64,000 nt of DNA from Octopus bimaculoides. Its lineage: Eukaryota. Position numbers and translations under genes: made by a program. Location: the NCBI RefSeq assembly GCF_001194135.2, contig NC_068985.1, positions 43,080,293-43,144,292 of the forward strand, given 5' to 3'. Under the pieces are notes generated by a model. That model did no database searches. It saw only the letters and a program-made list of their open reading frames with translations, and was not told the DNA's origin. Shown piece by piece: positions 24,235 to 36,304 of this stretch. How positions within the stretch are numbered: the stretch's first letter is position 1; every line of letters begins with the position of its first letter.

Positions 24235-25399
24235 CTCACTGGCGACCTATATGTATATGAATTGTTGTTTAGCCGAGTTCGGCTCTAATCGATCAGACCT
24301 ACTGTCAGAGGCATTAAGGTCTTGACCATCCTGTCTTTTAAAGAATATTCTGGGATAGGCTTACATACATGATGTAATGTCTGCTTTATGACGGATTTGA
24401 GGTTATGGTGAGAGGAGAAAGAGGAACAGCATCTCTAGCTTCCCCACTCAGGTAAGATCAAATGTGTATACAAAACGTAGGCAGAAGTGAATTCTAAAGG
24501 GTTACAGCTCTGGGAATGAGGAAATAGGGAAAATGAAAGGTGGGTACTTATTATGAGGTGAGAGCCAGGTGTCTGAATAGACCAGGCTTCCCTAGAGGTA
24601 TCAGAAGATTATATTTCATTTGTCCGTTTAATTTTCGGCACCGATTCAGCAGTTTGATGCCCTTCTTATAACCAACCCTTTACAGAGGGCACTGGGTACA
24701 TTTTATCAAAACACCACCAACAGAGAAGTCGTCATATCCTCAAAAAGATTAAAGGGTTCTCTCAACTGGGTTGTATCCACTTATTCGCCAATCATTTTAC
24801 AACGTATATACTAGGCACATTCTACAGTAGACCAAGAGAGGTCATCTTGTATCCCGTAAGACAAGAGAGTCATCTATACTTCTCACATACACACACTCAC
24901 ATCTAAAAACATACGCGTGCACACTCATACACATACATTTGTGAACGCATGTTTTCTTGTTTGTTCCACGTTGGCTCAAAAAGTACAAAGTGAACACTTA
25001 TAAATCATAAGCTGAACCTGTTTGCGAATATTTTGCGACCATTGCACCGTCATATTATCTCTCTTGCTTTTTGAGATCTACAATTTTGCCACAGGCTGTA
25101 CATATCTTCACATATATCTACGTACACCAACACTCAAATGTATCTATGTGAACGTGTATCAAAGTATACATATACATGTAGCTATACATTACATGCACAA
25201 CTACACAAATAGCTTAATAAGTTGTTCACACGCATAAAAACAGACATGCTTTTTCACATACACTCATCTACTGCACCTGATCCTCCCAAACATATTCGCG
25301 TGAACATGCATGTATTCTTTTGTATATACGCACTTTCACACAAACCTTAGATAATGAACATTAAATGTAAACTTCATTAATTAAGACACCCAAGCTGAT

Positions 25400-26160
25400 G
25401 CAAGTATTCTGGCCAGATCATCTGCCTCAGAATAACTATTTCCATTCTTTTCACGTGAAACTAAGATTTACAGACCTAGATTTTTCTAATGACGCAGTTA
25501 TTCTTGCTGAATCTTTGGATGTCTTAAGGAGCGCTCTCCTTTCACTGAGTGAGGAAGCAGAACCATTTAGCCATGGAGTCTTTTGGGTCAAGACAAAGAT
25601 CTAATCCTTCGTTGGCTTCTTGGAGAACTCCGCCTTGTCTGTCTCTGTTGCGGGTGAGAATACCGAAGTCGTTGATCGCTTCACTTATCTTGGCAGTGAG
25701 ATTCCTAGCGACATTAGCTGAGAGTCTGAAGTCTTAAAAATATTTGGCCGAGTTGATGCAGTTGTGGACTCATTGGACAAGGTGTTGACACTGCCGATTT
25801 CTATGCAGGAGAACAAAGGTTCAGGTCTTTTGGTCTCTTGTCCTCCATGTTCTGCTCTATAACTGTGAGACTTGTACACTGTCCGGAGCCCTTAGGAGCC
25901 ACCTGAACTCCTTTGGCACCAGGTCGCTTCGCAGGGTTATAGGTACCATTTGTCGGATTTCGTATCCAACCCATGGCTCTAGTCAGAGACTAGAATACAT
26001 TCTATTACTTGTATGATTCGGGAGTGCCAGTTCAAACTGTCTGGCCATGTTGCTCGATTTTCTGAGTTAGACCTTGTTTACTGTCTTCTCTTCATTGAGG
26101 ATCCGGCTGGACTGACGGTTCGTGCTGTCACATGGTCATGGTAGATGGTATAGCGTAACT
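25400..26160 (+). mobile_element. RTE-superfamily LINE fragment of a second family (Expander/RTEX-like)
   Basis: FTDLDFSNDAVILAESLDVL..KTKI..VDRFTYLGS..VLPVLLY.CET..GHVARF; several frameshifts. Confidence 0.85.
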
Positions 26161-26199
26161 GTTGTCATAAACTTTCGCATCGTTTAGGCTTAAATAGTC

Positions 26200-26340
26200 G
26201 GAAATCGGATCAAACTGTATATTCCTAACGATTGGTTACATAAACCGGTCATGTGATGGTGTAATACTTGTCCGAGTCTGTTTCTTGAATTGGTCTAGTT
26301 TTACGCGTGATATAGTTTTGTATCCAATCGCGTTGTGTGA
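26200..26340. promoter_or_regulatory. CpG-rich segment with three CCAAT boxes and an E-box
   Basis: ATTGG at 26231 and 26289, CCAAT at 26324, gtCATGTGa at 26248-26256. Confidence 0.35.
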
Positions 26341-27029
26341 TGGACTAACCAGTACTGCAAAATCAAATGCCGTGTTTCGACTGAATTGAGAAGCAGACTA
26401 TGTAGTGTCGCAGTTCATTGAAAACTCGTTTTTTTTGTACTTCTTTCAACTGTTTTATACACAACTCATTGAACCAAAAACTTGTAATAATACAAGGGCT
26501 AGAGACACACTTCATACCAGCTAAAATGGGGGCTGACTGGGACTCTGATCAACGGGTCTCTCGGGAGCACCCACGAATATAACGACAAATGGTGAATACA
26601 GCAACACACTACCACAGCGCATGTCTCCACATGTGACCTGACCCGACCTTCTTTCCACCAGTTTCAGAGGCTCCGAAAACGCCTGTTACTTATACATGAC
26701 TTCTTAGGGAGAAACTATCTATAAAAATTCGCTGAAAACTTATTAAGTGAAGAAAGTGATTTTCTTTACAATACTTACGTTCTTGCAATATTGTGATCTA
26801 GTTGTAATTTGTTTTCAAATTTGATAATACACACTCAGAAACAGGCCGAAGTAGCCTAAAGTTTATAGGTCTAATTTTGAGCAATATTTATACTATACTA
26901 CTAAGGTTCATTATGGTAATTCATTGCATACTGAAAATAACCATCAGATGCAACACCATACAACTTGTGCTGCCCTAAATTTTTGTTGGTATTTCACTGA
27001 TTAAGCATCTTTCAGCCTTGTATTTTATA

Positions 27030-27930
27030 TTATGGCTTCTAAGACGAAGCACATGACCCTATATGTAAACCAAAAATTTGAACTTATAAGGGAGTTAAAT
27101 GTTGTTGGTTCAGTGACGAAAGTTTGTGAAGAAGAGTACGATGTTAAAAAGCAAATAGTTTCAGACATAAGCAAGGATAAGTATAAATTCATCACTGTAT
27201 TTCCTTTCAAGTATAATGTTGATGCAAACCCTAATCATCAGCTATTGGTGGAAGAATGTATGTGATAGTTGCAGAATTTACTAATCTTGATATAATGCCA
27301 TAATGAAGTGGTAACAACGTCCATGGTGTAGAAATTCAAAGAACTACTGGCAAAATAATTTGGCACATGGGTGACAAAAATTTCGAAGTTAATGAGTGGT
27401 AGCTATAGCGATTTAGAAATCGTTATGAAAAGGAATGTGGAGGCGCAATGGCCTAGTGGTTAGGGCAGCGGACTCACGGTCATAGGATCGCGGTTTCGAT
27501 TCCCAGACCGGGCGTTGTGAGTGTTTATTGAGCGAAAACACCTAAAGCTTCACGAGGCTCCGGTAGGGGATGGTGGCGAACCCTGCTGTACTCTTTCACC
27601 ACAACTTTCTCTCACTCTTACTTCCTGTTTCTGTTGTGCCTGTAATTCAACGAGTCAGCCTTGTCACACTGTGTCACGCTGAATATCCACGAGAACTACG
27701 TTAAGGGTACACGTGTCTGTGGAGTGCTCAACCACTTGCACGTTAATTTCACGAGCAGGCTGTTCCGTTGTTCGGATCAACTGGAACCCTCGACGTCGTA
27801 AGCGACGGAGTGCCAACAAACAAATGAAAAGGAATAACAAAATTACCGAAGGTGAAGCAGACAACCTACCACCAGAGGAAGTAAAACCATCTAGAAAGAA
27901 ATTAAATTACTTTAATTCCCCAAGCGTATA
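27030..27930 (+). mobile_element. Tigger/pogo transposase remnant (psq-type HTH and CENP-B HTH), interrupted by SINE D
   Basis: MASKTKHMTLYVNQKFELIRELNVVGSVTKVCEEEYDVKKQIVSDISKDK resembles pogo N-termini; ..W..RFRNRY downstream. Confidence 0.7.
27437..27823 (+). mobile_element. Young full-length tRNA-derived SINE (family D)
   Basis: A box tggcctagtgg, B box ggtttcgattccc, CpG-rich body, 12-bp TSD atgaaaaggaat (27425-27436 and 27824-27835). Confidence 0.9.
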
Positions 27931-28264
27931 ATGGGGGTGAACCTGAGCTGTAATGGTGATAACTAACTGAAAATACAGATATTTTTAAGAATGAATCCTG
28001 GTCGAAATAAAGGAAAAATCTTTGGTATTACACGAATGATGACTTTGTTTACCTTTTAAAGTTTATGATGTTAGGAGGTCAACACGTGTTAGATTTGAAA
28101 AACATGATGAGCCCAAAAATAAAATAAAAAAATAAATCGTAGCACATCCATATCTTTAATGACTGGTTTTTCATTTCAAGCTGACGAAGTGAAGACGTCA
28201 CAATTTTTAACAAAGCACATGCTCACCCAGGTCTACCACCCAACGTTAGCACCGAGTTCTAGCT

Positions 28265-28350
28265 CAGTGGTTCCCAACCTTTTCACTACCAAGAACCCCT
28301 TTCATCTAAATGAGTTTTCCCAAAGACCCCTTTTAATATGCTTATCCTTG

Positions 28351-28382
<32 letters not shown>

Positions 28383-28459
28383 TGCGTGTGTGTGAAATTT
28401 TGAATTTAGTTCACAGACCTCCAGTACTACCTTTGCAGACCACAGGTTGGGAACCACTG
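28265..28459. mobile_element. hAT (Charlie-like) MITE
   Basis: Perfect 15-bp TIR cagtggttcccaacc/ggttgggaaccactg; 8-bp flanks ttctagct/tcctagcc. Confidence 0.85.
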
Positions 28460-29399
28460 TCCTAGCCAATGCATCAAAATATAATTGTAAGCAATGAAGA
28501 TGTTTGGATTTCGAAAGTCTCATGCTGATAGAAGAGGATGACCTTAAGACTTTCAACTACAAAGAATTTTCACCACAACTTTGAGTCAATTTAATAGCTT
28601 CATGGGGAGTACTGAAGATTGTCATCGTAGCCAATGCTTGAAAAAATACACTTGTATAAGGTGGAGGTAGAATGTAGTTTTCAAGGATTTGAGGCAAATG
28701 ATTTTTTATTGTATAGTTCAGAGAGCAGGCAAAACGAATGTCACAGAACCTGGTATGAAAACATAGCGGGTAGCACTAGATACCAAGTATTAACCAACGT
28801 CAGACCACTACTCAGAAATCCAATTCTTCTTATACTTTGGAATTCCTGCCAAACAACATTGAGTTATCAACAAATGCTTTTGTTCAACAATATTAACCAA
28901 CATCACAGAGCCTTAAGAGGATTTATTATTTAGAATTGGTATTAGCAAGTAAGCAACTGAAATTCGACTCATTCTTCAAGGCAATTCATCCCAAACCTGC
29001 TGCAGTTTGTTGGTGATATTGACTTAGTGCCCCTTTAGTCACTTCAAAGTTCTACGAGTGGGAGGCAAAGAACAGAGGGTCATACATCTCAGCTAACTCA
29101 TAATATCAAGTTATTACCTCTAGTTCTACGTCCTCCGCATTAAGCTCATCTCATCTGCAACACATAACAATTTACTGCATTATTTTTTACTTTTCTTTTT
29201 ACACACTGTAATATTAAATAATGTACAGCATTTTTTGTGTTTCATATTATTAAATGATGATTGCAATATTTTCTGTAATTTTATTCCTGTTTATCATACA
29301 TTGCATATATTTCCAATATCATGTACTTACACAATATTAAGCCCTGTCATCGATTAACTTGGATAATAAACTATACTGGTCACATTTCCTCCCATAGGG

Positions 29400-29620
29400 T
29401 TCACTGCATATACAAAAGGACTTTGACAGGATCCCAGTCTCTTTAATTTGGGGTTCTTTAAGGAAATTAGGCTTAGGTAAACAGCTTGTGAGGAACATAA
29501 AGCCATCATCAGAGATGCTGTCTACAAGATGAGAGTCAGTTATGAATTCAACATATAGACAGGGGTCCATCAGAGCTCAGTTTGCAACACTTTCCTTTAT
29601 TAGTCTTTCAGGCTATAGCA
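29400..29620 (+). mobile_element. Decayed RTE RT fragment
   Basis: KDFDRIPVSLIWGSLRKLGLGKQLVRNI..GVHQSSV (RT motifs A-B). Confidence 0.7.
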
Positions 29621-29844
29621 GAGTAATTTTCTATAAAGTGATGTGCAAACGTAAGGTCAAAAAGTACATTTTACTCCAGTCCTGTTAAAGACTTGACAAC
29701 TACTCTAATGTTGGCACTGTAAAGTGGTTGGTGTTAGGATAGGCATCAAGCTATAGGGAAGTTGTCAAAAAGACATTAGAAATATGTGACATGTTTAGGT
29801 ACACAGTAACTTGGACCATGATAATTCATCCAACTCATGCCATG

Positions 29845-30140
29845 GATGCAGGCATAGCTCAGTGGTTAAGAAGTACCTGTCACAACCTTGTGGTCCAGGG
29901 TTTGATCCCACTGTATAGCACCTTGGGAAAGTTCCTTTTCCATAGACTTGGTCAACTCAAGCCTTATGAGTGAATTTGAGTAGACGGAAACTATGCAGAA
30001 GCCCACTGGATGGACTGAGCGTGTAATTTAAAGTTCAACCTTCAGACACTGTACCATACCAATTCTACTAAAGAATTACAATACAGATACACATATCTGG
30101 AGCACTCATCCACTTCACATGTTAATTCAATGAGTAGGTA
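29845..30140 (+). mobile_element. CORE-like SINE head joined to a SINE-D-like body
   Basis: gcatagctcagtggttaag..caccttgggaaag.., followed by sequence similar to 27650-27755. Confidence 0.55.
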
Positions 30141-30584
30141 ATGCAATATATATATATATATATATTACTTGTAGTAATCATGCAAAAAAAAAATGTTTTC
30201 ATCAAGTGAATACATGTAAAAGTTAAACATTTTGAATATCTCAATAACAAGTAAAAGGTGCCATTTTGACTCTACCGACCAAAATTCATTCTCTTGCATG
30301 ATGTAACACTTCTATTCATCTATAAAAAAACATGTCTGAAATAGCTGTAGTGAACCTCAGTCCATCTATTGTTACTTGTGTGTGTATGTATAAATATATA
30401 TATATTATGTAGGTAGTGTTATGATCCAAGCTGTGTCCTTTTGATTCTCTATTTGGAGAATTTCTAATAGGAGATATCTTACAGGTTTCTCCTACATGTA
30501 CAATTTTGTAACTCCTATTGGCAAATGAAACACATATAATGGTGAATAAATAACACTAACATTCTTTTTCAATCTCCTATTTTG

Positions 30585-30585
30585 A

Positions 30586-30676
<91 letters not shown>

Positions 30677-30745
30677 ATGTATGTATGTATGTATGTATGT
30701 ATGTATGCATGCATGCATATGTCATCAACATCATCATCATCATCA
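30585..30745. repeat. Compound microsatellite (ATCT)n(GTCT)n(GTAT)n(GCAT)n(CAT)n
   Basis: Read directly. Confidence 0.95.
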
Positions 30746-30950
30746 TTTAACATCCGTTTTCCATGCTGGCATGGGTTGAACTATTTGACTGGGGCTGGTA
30801 AGGCCAGAGGACTGCACCAGGCTCCATTGTCTGTTCTGGCATGATTTCTACAGCTGAGTGCCCTTTCTAATATCAACCACTTTACAGAGTGTACTGGGTG
30901 CTTTTTATGTGGCACCAGCACCAGTGCTTTTAACATAGTATCAACATACA
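30725..30950 (-). mobile_element. RTE-LINE 3' tail copy
   Basis: catcatcatttaacatccgttttccatgctggcatggg...gccctttctaatatcaaccac. Confidence 0.8.
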
Positions 30951-31434
30951 TACATACATATGTACAGACAAGCAGGCAGAAAAGACAGAAAAGGAAATTG
31001 AGGAATCAATTTCTTAAAGCAGATTTTCTACAGCCAGATGTCCTTCCTGTCGGCAACAGCCATCACTTATTTCCAAGCAAGGTAATATTTCCCCATGGCC
31101 TGTTATGTTTATCATAGAAGACTATATATGTATGTAGGTATGTATACACATACATATATATCCAGTATATACATATCCAGACAGTATTAAATTGAAATAG
31201 CCTTCTATGCTTAATGTATATACTCTGTTGATCAGCCAGTTACTGCAGTGATCTTCTTGAGATAACATGTCTTATGAACTTGCTGTGCTAAAAACACAAT
31301 AAATATCAGAGGGAGATGAAAAATCACCCCAGCAGTAGCCAGCAAGTTGCCTAATGAATTCAGCCTTTATGTATCTGGAATAACAATGTGTTGGCTCATG
31401 ATTGCCTTGTGATGAAATTATCTAGTGGTGAAAT

Positions 31435-31664
31435 TTAATCCTTTACCATTCAGATTACTCTGGCAAATGTAATGCTTATTTATTCACATTGTTTTGAATT
31501 AGCCATGCATTATCTCATAACTTTGAAATTTTGATGATATGACAGTATATTTTTTTGAATGACATTGTAGGGTAGGTATGAGAGGCCAGATCTGGCTGGT
31601 TTTTTGCATAAAATAGATAGGATATTTGGGTTGGATATAGCTAGTTTAAATGCTAAAGGGTTAA
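31435..31664. mobile_element. piggyBac-type MITE
   Basis: TTAA-tcctttaccatt ... aatgctaaaggg-TTAA: TTAA TSD with CCCTTT/AAAGGG-type ends. Confidence 0.8.
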
Positions 31665-31856
31665 GGTAAAGTTACTGCCAGGATGTAAGGACCTGCAACT
31701 GCAATGAATTCACCATGACAAATTTACCAAATGCCCAACTGGATCAGGTTGCCTTCTATCTAAGAAATAACAAAGAATAGACATATACTTCAATGTACAC
31801 TTTTAATTTTAGTAAGTATCTAATATATTTGTGCATCTTTTAATTTGCTGTATGCA

Positions 31857-32278
31857 TAACAAAGGTCAACAAAATAAAACTTATTTTCTGGCATAAAATC
31901 TTAGACTAATTTTTGGGTGCTGATTCCAAAACTGACTTCAGATTTGCTCTATCACATTACATTTTTGTACCATTGGTATATACCTTTATCTACCTGGAGC
32001 ATACCAAAAGTTAACTTTGCACCACTATTTGTGGGAATTTTGGCTGGATTGTCATGCTAATTTTGAATAATATTGCATCTATAAAAATTGCATCTACTTA
32101 TGTTTAATTCTTCCTTTATGAGCACTAAATAGCTGTTTCTAACAAAGCTAAAAGATTTTATATCTCAAAAATCTGATGTGATAGACAAAATCTGTTGCCA
32201 GATTTGGATTCAGCACCTCAAAATTAGCTAAAACCATTGATAAACCTTGTGCCAAAAAATATCTGTTGACCAGTGTAA
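31857..32278. mobile_element. MITE-like element with long imperfect subterminal inverted repeats
   Basis: ttgggtgctgattccaaaactgacttcagatttgctctatcacat versus atgtgatagacaaaatctgttgccagatttggattcagcacc. Confidence 0.55.
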
Positions 32279-33459
32279 TTAATGCATGGTAAAACTTGAT
32301 GTACTCCCCACAAACATGTAGGTTTCACTTCAATGATTAGTAAATGAATTTCGATGAATTTTGTAATAGATGAAATTAGTATTTTATCAAGAATCCAAGT
32401 GCATTTTCCAACATTGCTGAGGTTATTGATTGTAAAGTGGATCCATAATCACCAAACATTGGTAAATTAATTAAAAATTTTAAAAATAATGAAATTGAAG
32501 TACATTTTTTTCATACCAGCTAGAATAAAAATTGATTATGGCTAATGAATGCAAATGTCCATTTTACCAAAGATATAGAATCTATAATAAAGAATAACAT
32601 TTTTAAATCCTTTCTTTAATACAAGATGGATCTATAACTTTATAGGAGCCCTGCAATAGTTTCCAATTAAACTTATTAATTCAACTAATTATACAGTAAT
32701 TTGGTTTGATTTAAAGAAGAATCCATTTTAAGCTAAAAAAAATAAATAAATAAATAGTTCTTTCAATTAATAATTAGTAATTAGCTGAAGTCATAAATAT
32801 CACAGTCCTGATTGGATCTATAAATGATTCATTTGTGTTACAGAATGCTGAGCATTGTTGCATTGCAGTAGAGATAAAATATTTTAAGCTTAAGATAATG
32901 ATAAATGGTCCTTATAGATAGTGACATTATGGGGCCTTATTTCATTAATTTTGATCCACAATTGGAAGAGAATGTCTCTGTGATAGCATGAGCCATTTCT
33001 GTCAACTTGGCTTAGTAGACCATTTTTATAATTTTAACACTTGAACAAAGGAAAAATAGTAGATTAACACTAACAGGACCACAAAAGTAATTCAGTTTTA
33101 TTCATTCCCTGCACTGCTTCATAGCATCATTTTCTCTGTGAATGAATGATAGAGAACTACTTTATATCTAGTTCATCCTTGTTATGTTCTGCAGTTGAAC
33201 TCAGAAATATGCTAAAACTTTTTGTGATTCTATATGAACAGATATAGCTAGTCAATAATTCTGCCATTGCCATGGAAATTAGCAAAAATATTCAAATTTA
33301 CCAAATAAATTGTACATGTATGTATGTATGTATGTATGTATGTATACATGCATGTCTGAATGTATGTTCTCTTTCTCTTTTTAAATTAGAATAAATTTTG
33401 ACCAGCCATCTACTTGGAAGAAAAGTATCTTGTTTTGTCCATCATCCTTTAAATTTTAA

Positions 33460-33740
33460 GAAGGTCTAGCAGATTTTTAAAGTCCCAGATACTGCGATCA
33501 TCTGTAACATATGAATTAAGGATTTGCATTTTCTCCCCAAGATCCCAAGTTCAGTCATACTTTGCTTCAGACAGATTGCTGTGTAACCTGTTGCTCCAAT
33601 AATAATAGGTCTGAAGTTGAAAGTGTATCTTAGATACTGGATTTGCAAACCCCTTATTAATGTCCACTTTCTTTCTCATGTATTTTTCTAATGGTCCTAG
33701 AGAGCAACTGATTTCCACCACAGAACATATGTTTTCCATG
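33460..33740 (-). mobile_element. 3' remnant of an RLE-type (R4/NeSL-like) non-LTR element
   Basis: Two frames give VVEISC.. and RPIIIGATGY...LIHMLQMIAVSGTLKIC, typical of the restriction-like endonuclease C-terminus. Confidence 0.6.
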
Positions 33741-33929
33741 TAGTCCCATACAACAATATCTGGCCAGTTGTGTTGTATATATATGTATATATTTGTATGT
33801 ACGTATTAGCTCTTATTTCAAGCAATGTAGGTGCTACCCTGCACTGACAGTCACAATTAGTGACAACTGAATTTTTCCTTTTTGGTTTTATATTGTGCAT
33901 AGCCACCTCGTTATTCTATGTATGTATGT

Positions 33930-34620
33930 ATGCATCTTGACATCATGTGATTGCTGCAAGTTAATGTCATTCATTTCTAAGTATTCTGCAGAAACATGTG
34001 TGGCCAAGGGAGAAAAAATATTACTTTGCATGGAAACAGGTAAGAGTTGGTGACAGGAAGGACAACTGGCAGCAGGAAATTTGCTTCATTAAACTCCATC
34101 CAACCCATACAAGCATAGAAAATTGAACTACAACTCCTCTTCTAACTGCATCTTTCTCTTCTTCACATCTCATCCACTGTCATTTCCTCCATGAGCCTTA
34201 ACATCCTAAGATCAGTACCTGTATATATATATAGGTACAGGTGTGGCTGCGTGGTTAAGAAGTTCACATCACAACCATTTCATTTCAGGTTCAGTCCTTC
34301 TGCCTAGTACCATAGACAAGTGTCTTCTACTATAACCTCAGGCTAACCAAAGCCTTCTGAATAGATTTGGTTGACAGCAACTGAAAGAATTCTGTGTGTG
34401 TGTGTGTGTGTGTGATTTCTCCCACCACTGCTTGACAACCAGTGTTGGTATGCTTATGCTCCTGTAATTTAACAGTTTGGCAAAAGACGCCCAACAGAAT
34501 GAGTACTGGGTTGAAAAAAAATTAGTACTGGGGTCAAGTCATTTGACAAAAATTTTTCAAGGTGGTGCCCTAGCATGGCTGTAGTCAAATGATTGAAACA
34601 ACCCAAGTAAAGGATAAAAA
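33930..34620 (+). mobile_element. SINE E copy (33930-34130) and CORE-like SINE with extended tail (34235-34620)
   Basis: Matches to the families above; A box ggctgcgtggttaag, B box aggttcagtcc. Confidence 0.75.
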
Positions 34621-34907
34621 GATAATGTAATTGAATTTGGGAGACAGGAGCTGTACAAAAACCTGTCACACACACACACACACGCTTCTTTTATAAGAAT
34701 ATTGTTGACAGTGACTTCAAAGATTTGGCCAGCTAAGCCATCATCAGATTGCTTAGCTGGCTGAAACTTTGAAATCACTATCAACATTCTTGTTTAAAAA
34801 TATTAATTGTATACTCTACACAAGTATAGAGTAATACACAAGATTAATGTAAAATTGCTTTCATAACTGAACATAAAAACAAACATTTATATATGTGTGT
34901 GTGTGTG

Positions 34908-34956
<49 letters not shown>

Positions 34957-35303
34957 NNNNNNNNNNNNNNNNNNNNNNNNNNNNNNNNNNNNNNNNNNNN
35001 NNNNNNNNNNNNNNNNNNNNNNNNNNNNNNNNNNNNNNNNNNNNNNNNNNNNNNNNNNNNNNNNNNNNNNNNNNNNNNNNNNNNNNNNNNNNNNNNNNNN
35101 NNNNNNNNNNNNNNNNNNNNNNNNNNNNNNNNNNNNNNNNNNNNNNNNNNNNNNNNNNNNNNNNNNNNNNNNNNNNNNNNNNNNNNNNNNNNNNNNNNNN
35201 NNNNNNNNNNNNNNNNNNNNNNNNNNNNNNNNNNNNNNNNNNNNNNNNNNNNNNNNNNNNNNNNNNNNNNNNNNNNNNNNNNNNNNNNNNNNNNNNNNNN
35301 NNN
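34957..35303. other. Assembly gap
   Basis: N run after (TA)n. Confidence 1.
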
Positions 35304-35753
35304 GGGAGGGTACCCAATTATTGCTACACTAGTGCTATCCTAGGTGCAATCAATGGGAGCGGGTAAAAGTGGAGGTTTTACCCAAAATTTGTGTAACAAT
35401 TAGAAAATGGAGGATAATATGCTGAACCCAACTACTTGCAGACGGTGTATCCCGTTGAATTCATTAATTTAATTCATAGCAAAAGTGACAAAGAAAGGAA
35501 GAAAAGAAAAAGAAAGAAAGAACCAAAGCACAGGTGTCCATGGCAGACTATGTTATTTTGCCAACATGGTTTACATATAGAGGTACAAAGTACATAAGGA
35601 ATTAGAGGATGAACAATATATGCATATGCATATGAAACTTGTAGAAGAGGAAGACACCGGAAGACACACATAGGATGAAATGGTAAAGGCTGAGCTGATG
35701 ACAAAGGACCAGGACATCTGGTGATATGCAGATATACACAACACCAGAAAAAT

Positions 35754-36120
35754 GTCCCACAGTAGCAGAGGTGCATCATGCAGTGTAGATGCACCACAGT
35801 AGCAGTTGCACCATATCAGTACAGATGCACCACAGTAGCAGATGTGCACAATACCACAAGAATGCATCACTGCAGCAGAAGTGCATCACGCCAAGACAAG
35901 TGTATCATACCAGCACAGTTGCACCACACCAATACAGTTATACTACAGTAACAGAACTACACCTAGCAGCGATTTGCCACATCAACAGGAATGCATCACA
36001 ACACTACCAGATGTGCACCATACTGATACAACTGCACAACATCAATAGCTGAACTACACCAATTCAACTGTATCACAAATGCAGAAGTATACCACACCAA
36101 CATAGCTGCACCACACCCAA
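35754..36120. repeat. Degenerate ~18-nt minisatellite (tgcaccacagtagcaga-like), about 20 units
   Basis: Recurring tgcacca/tgcatca every ~17-22 nt. Confidence 0.75.
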
Positions 36121-36304
36121 ACTCACCAGAAATTGACTGAAAAAATAATGATTCTTGATGATGTCACAAGAATTTATAAACTTTGGGAAAACATGAAATA
36201 ATTCAGTTTTTTTGTTTTTTTTGTTTTATTTTTGAATTATGAAATTCAAAGCGAATTAAGCTATAAATAATAGTTCTTAAATTTTCGCATGAGGACAGCA
36301 AGTT

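Noticed and set aside
27439-27520. tRNA gene
   Set aside because: Continues into a SINE body with a TSD, so it is a SINE head.
28470-28950. 99-aa ORF / possible exon or transposase remnant
   Set aside because: No recognisable motif or convincing splice sites.
34844-35366. Long ORFs spanning N runs (also 46693-47635)
   Set aside because: Artefacts of assembly gaps; only the RTE portions are real.
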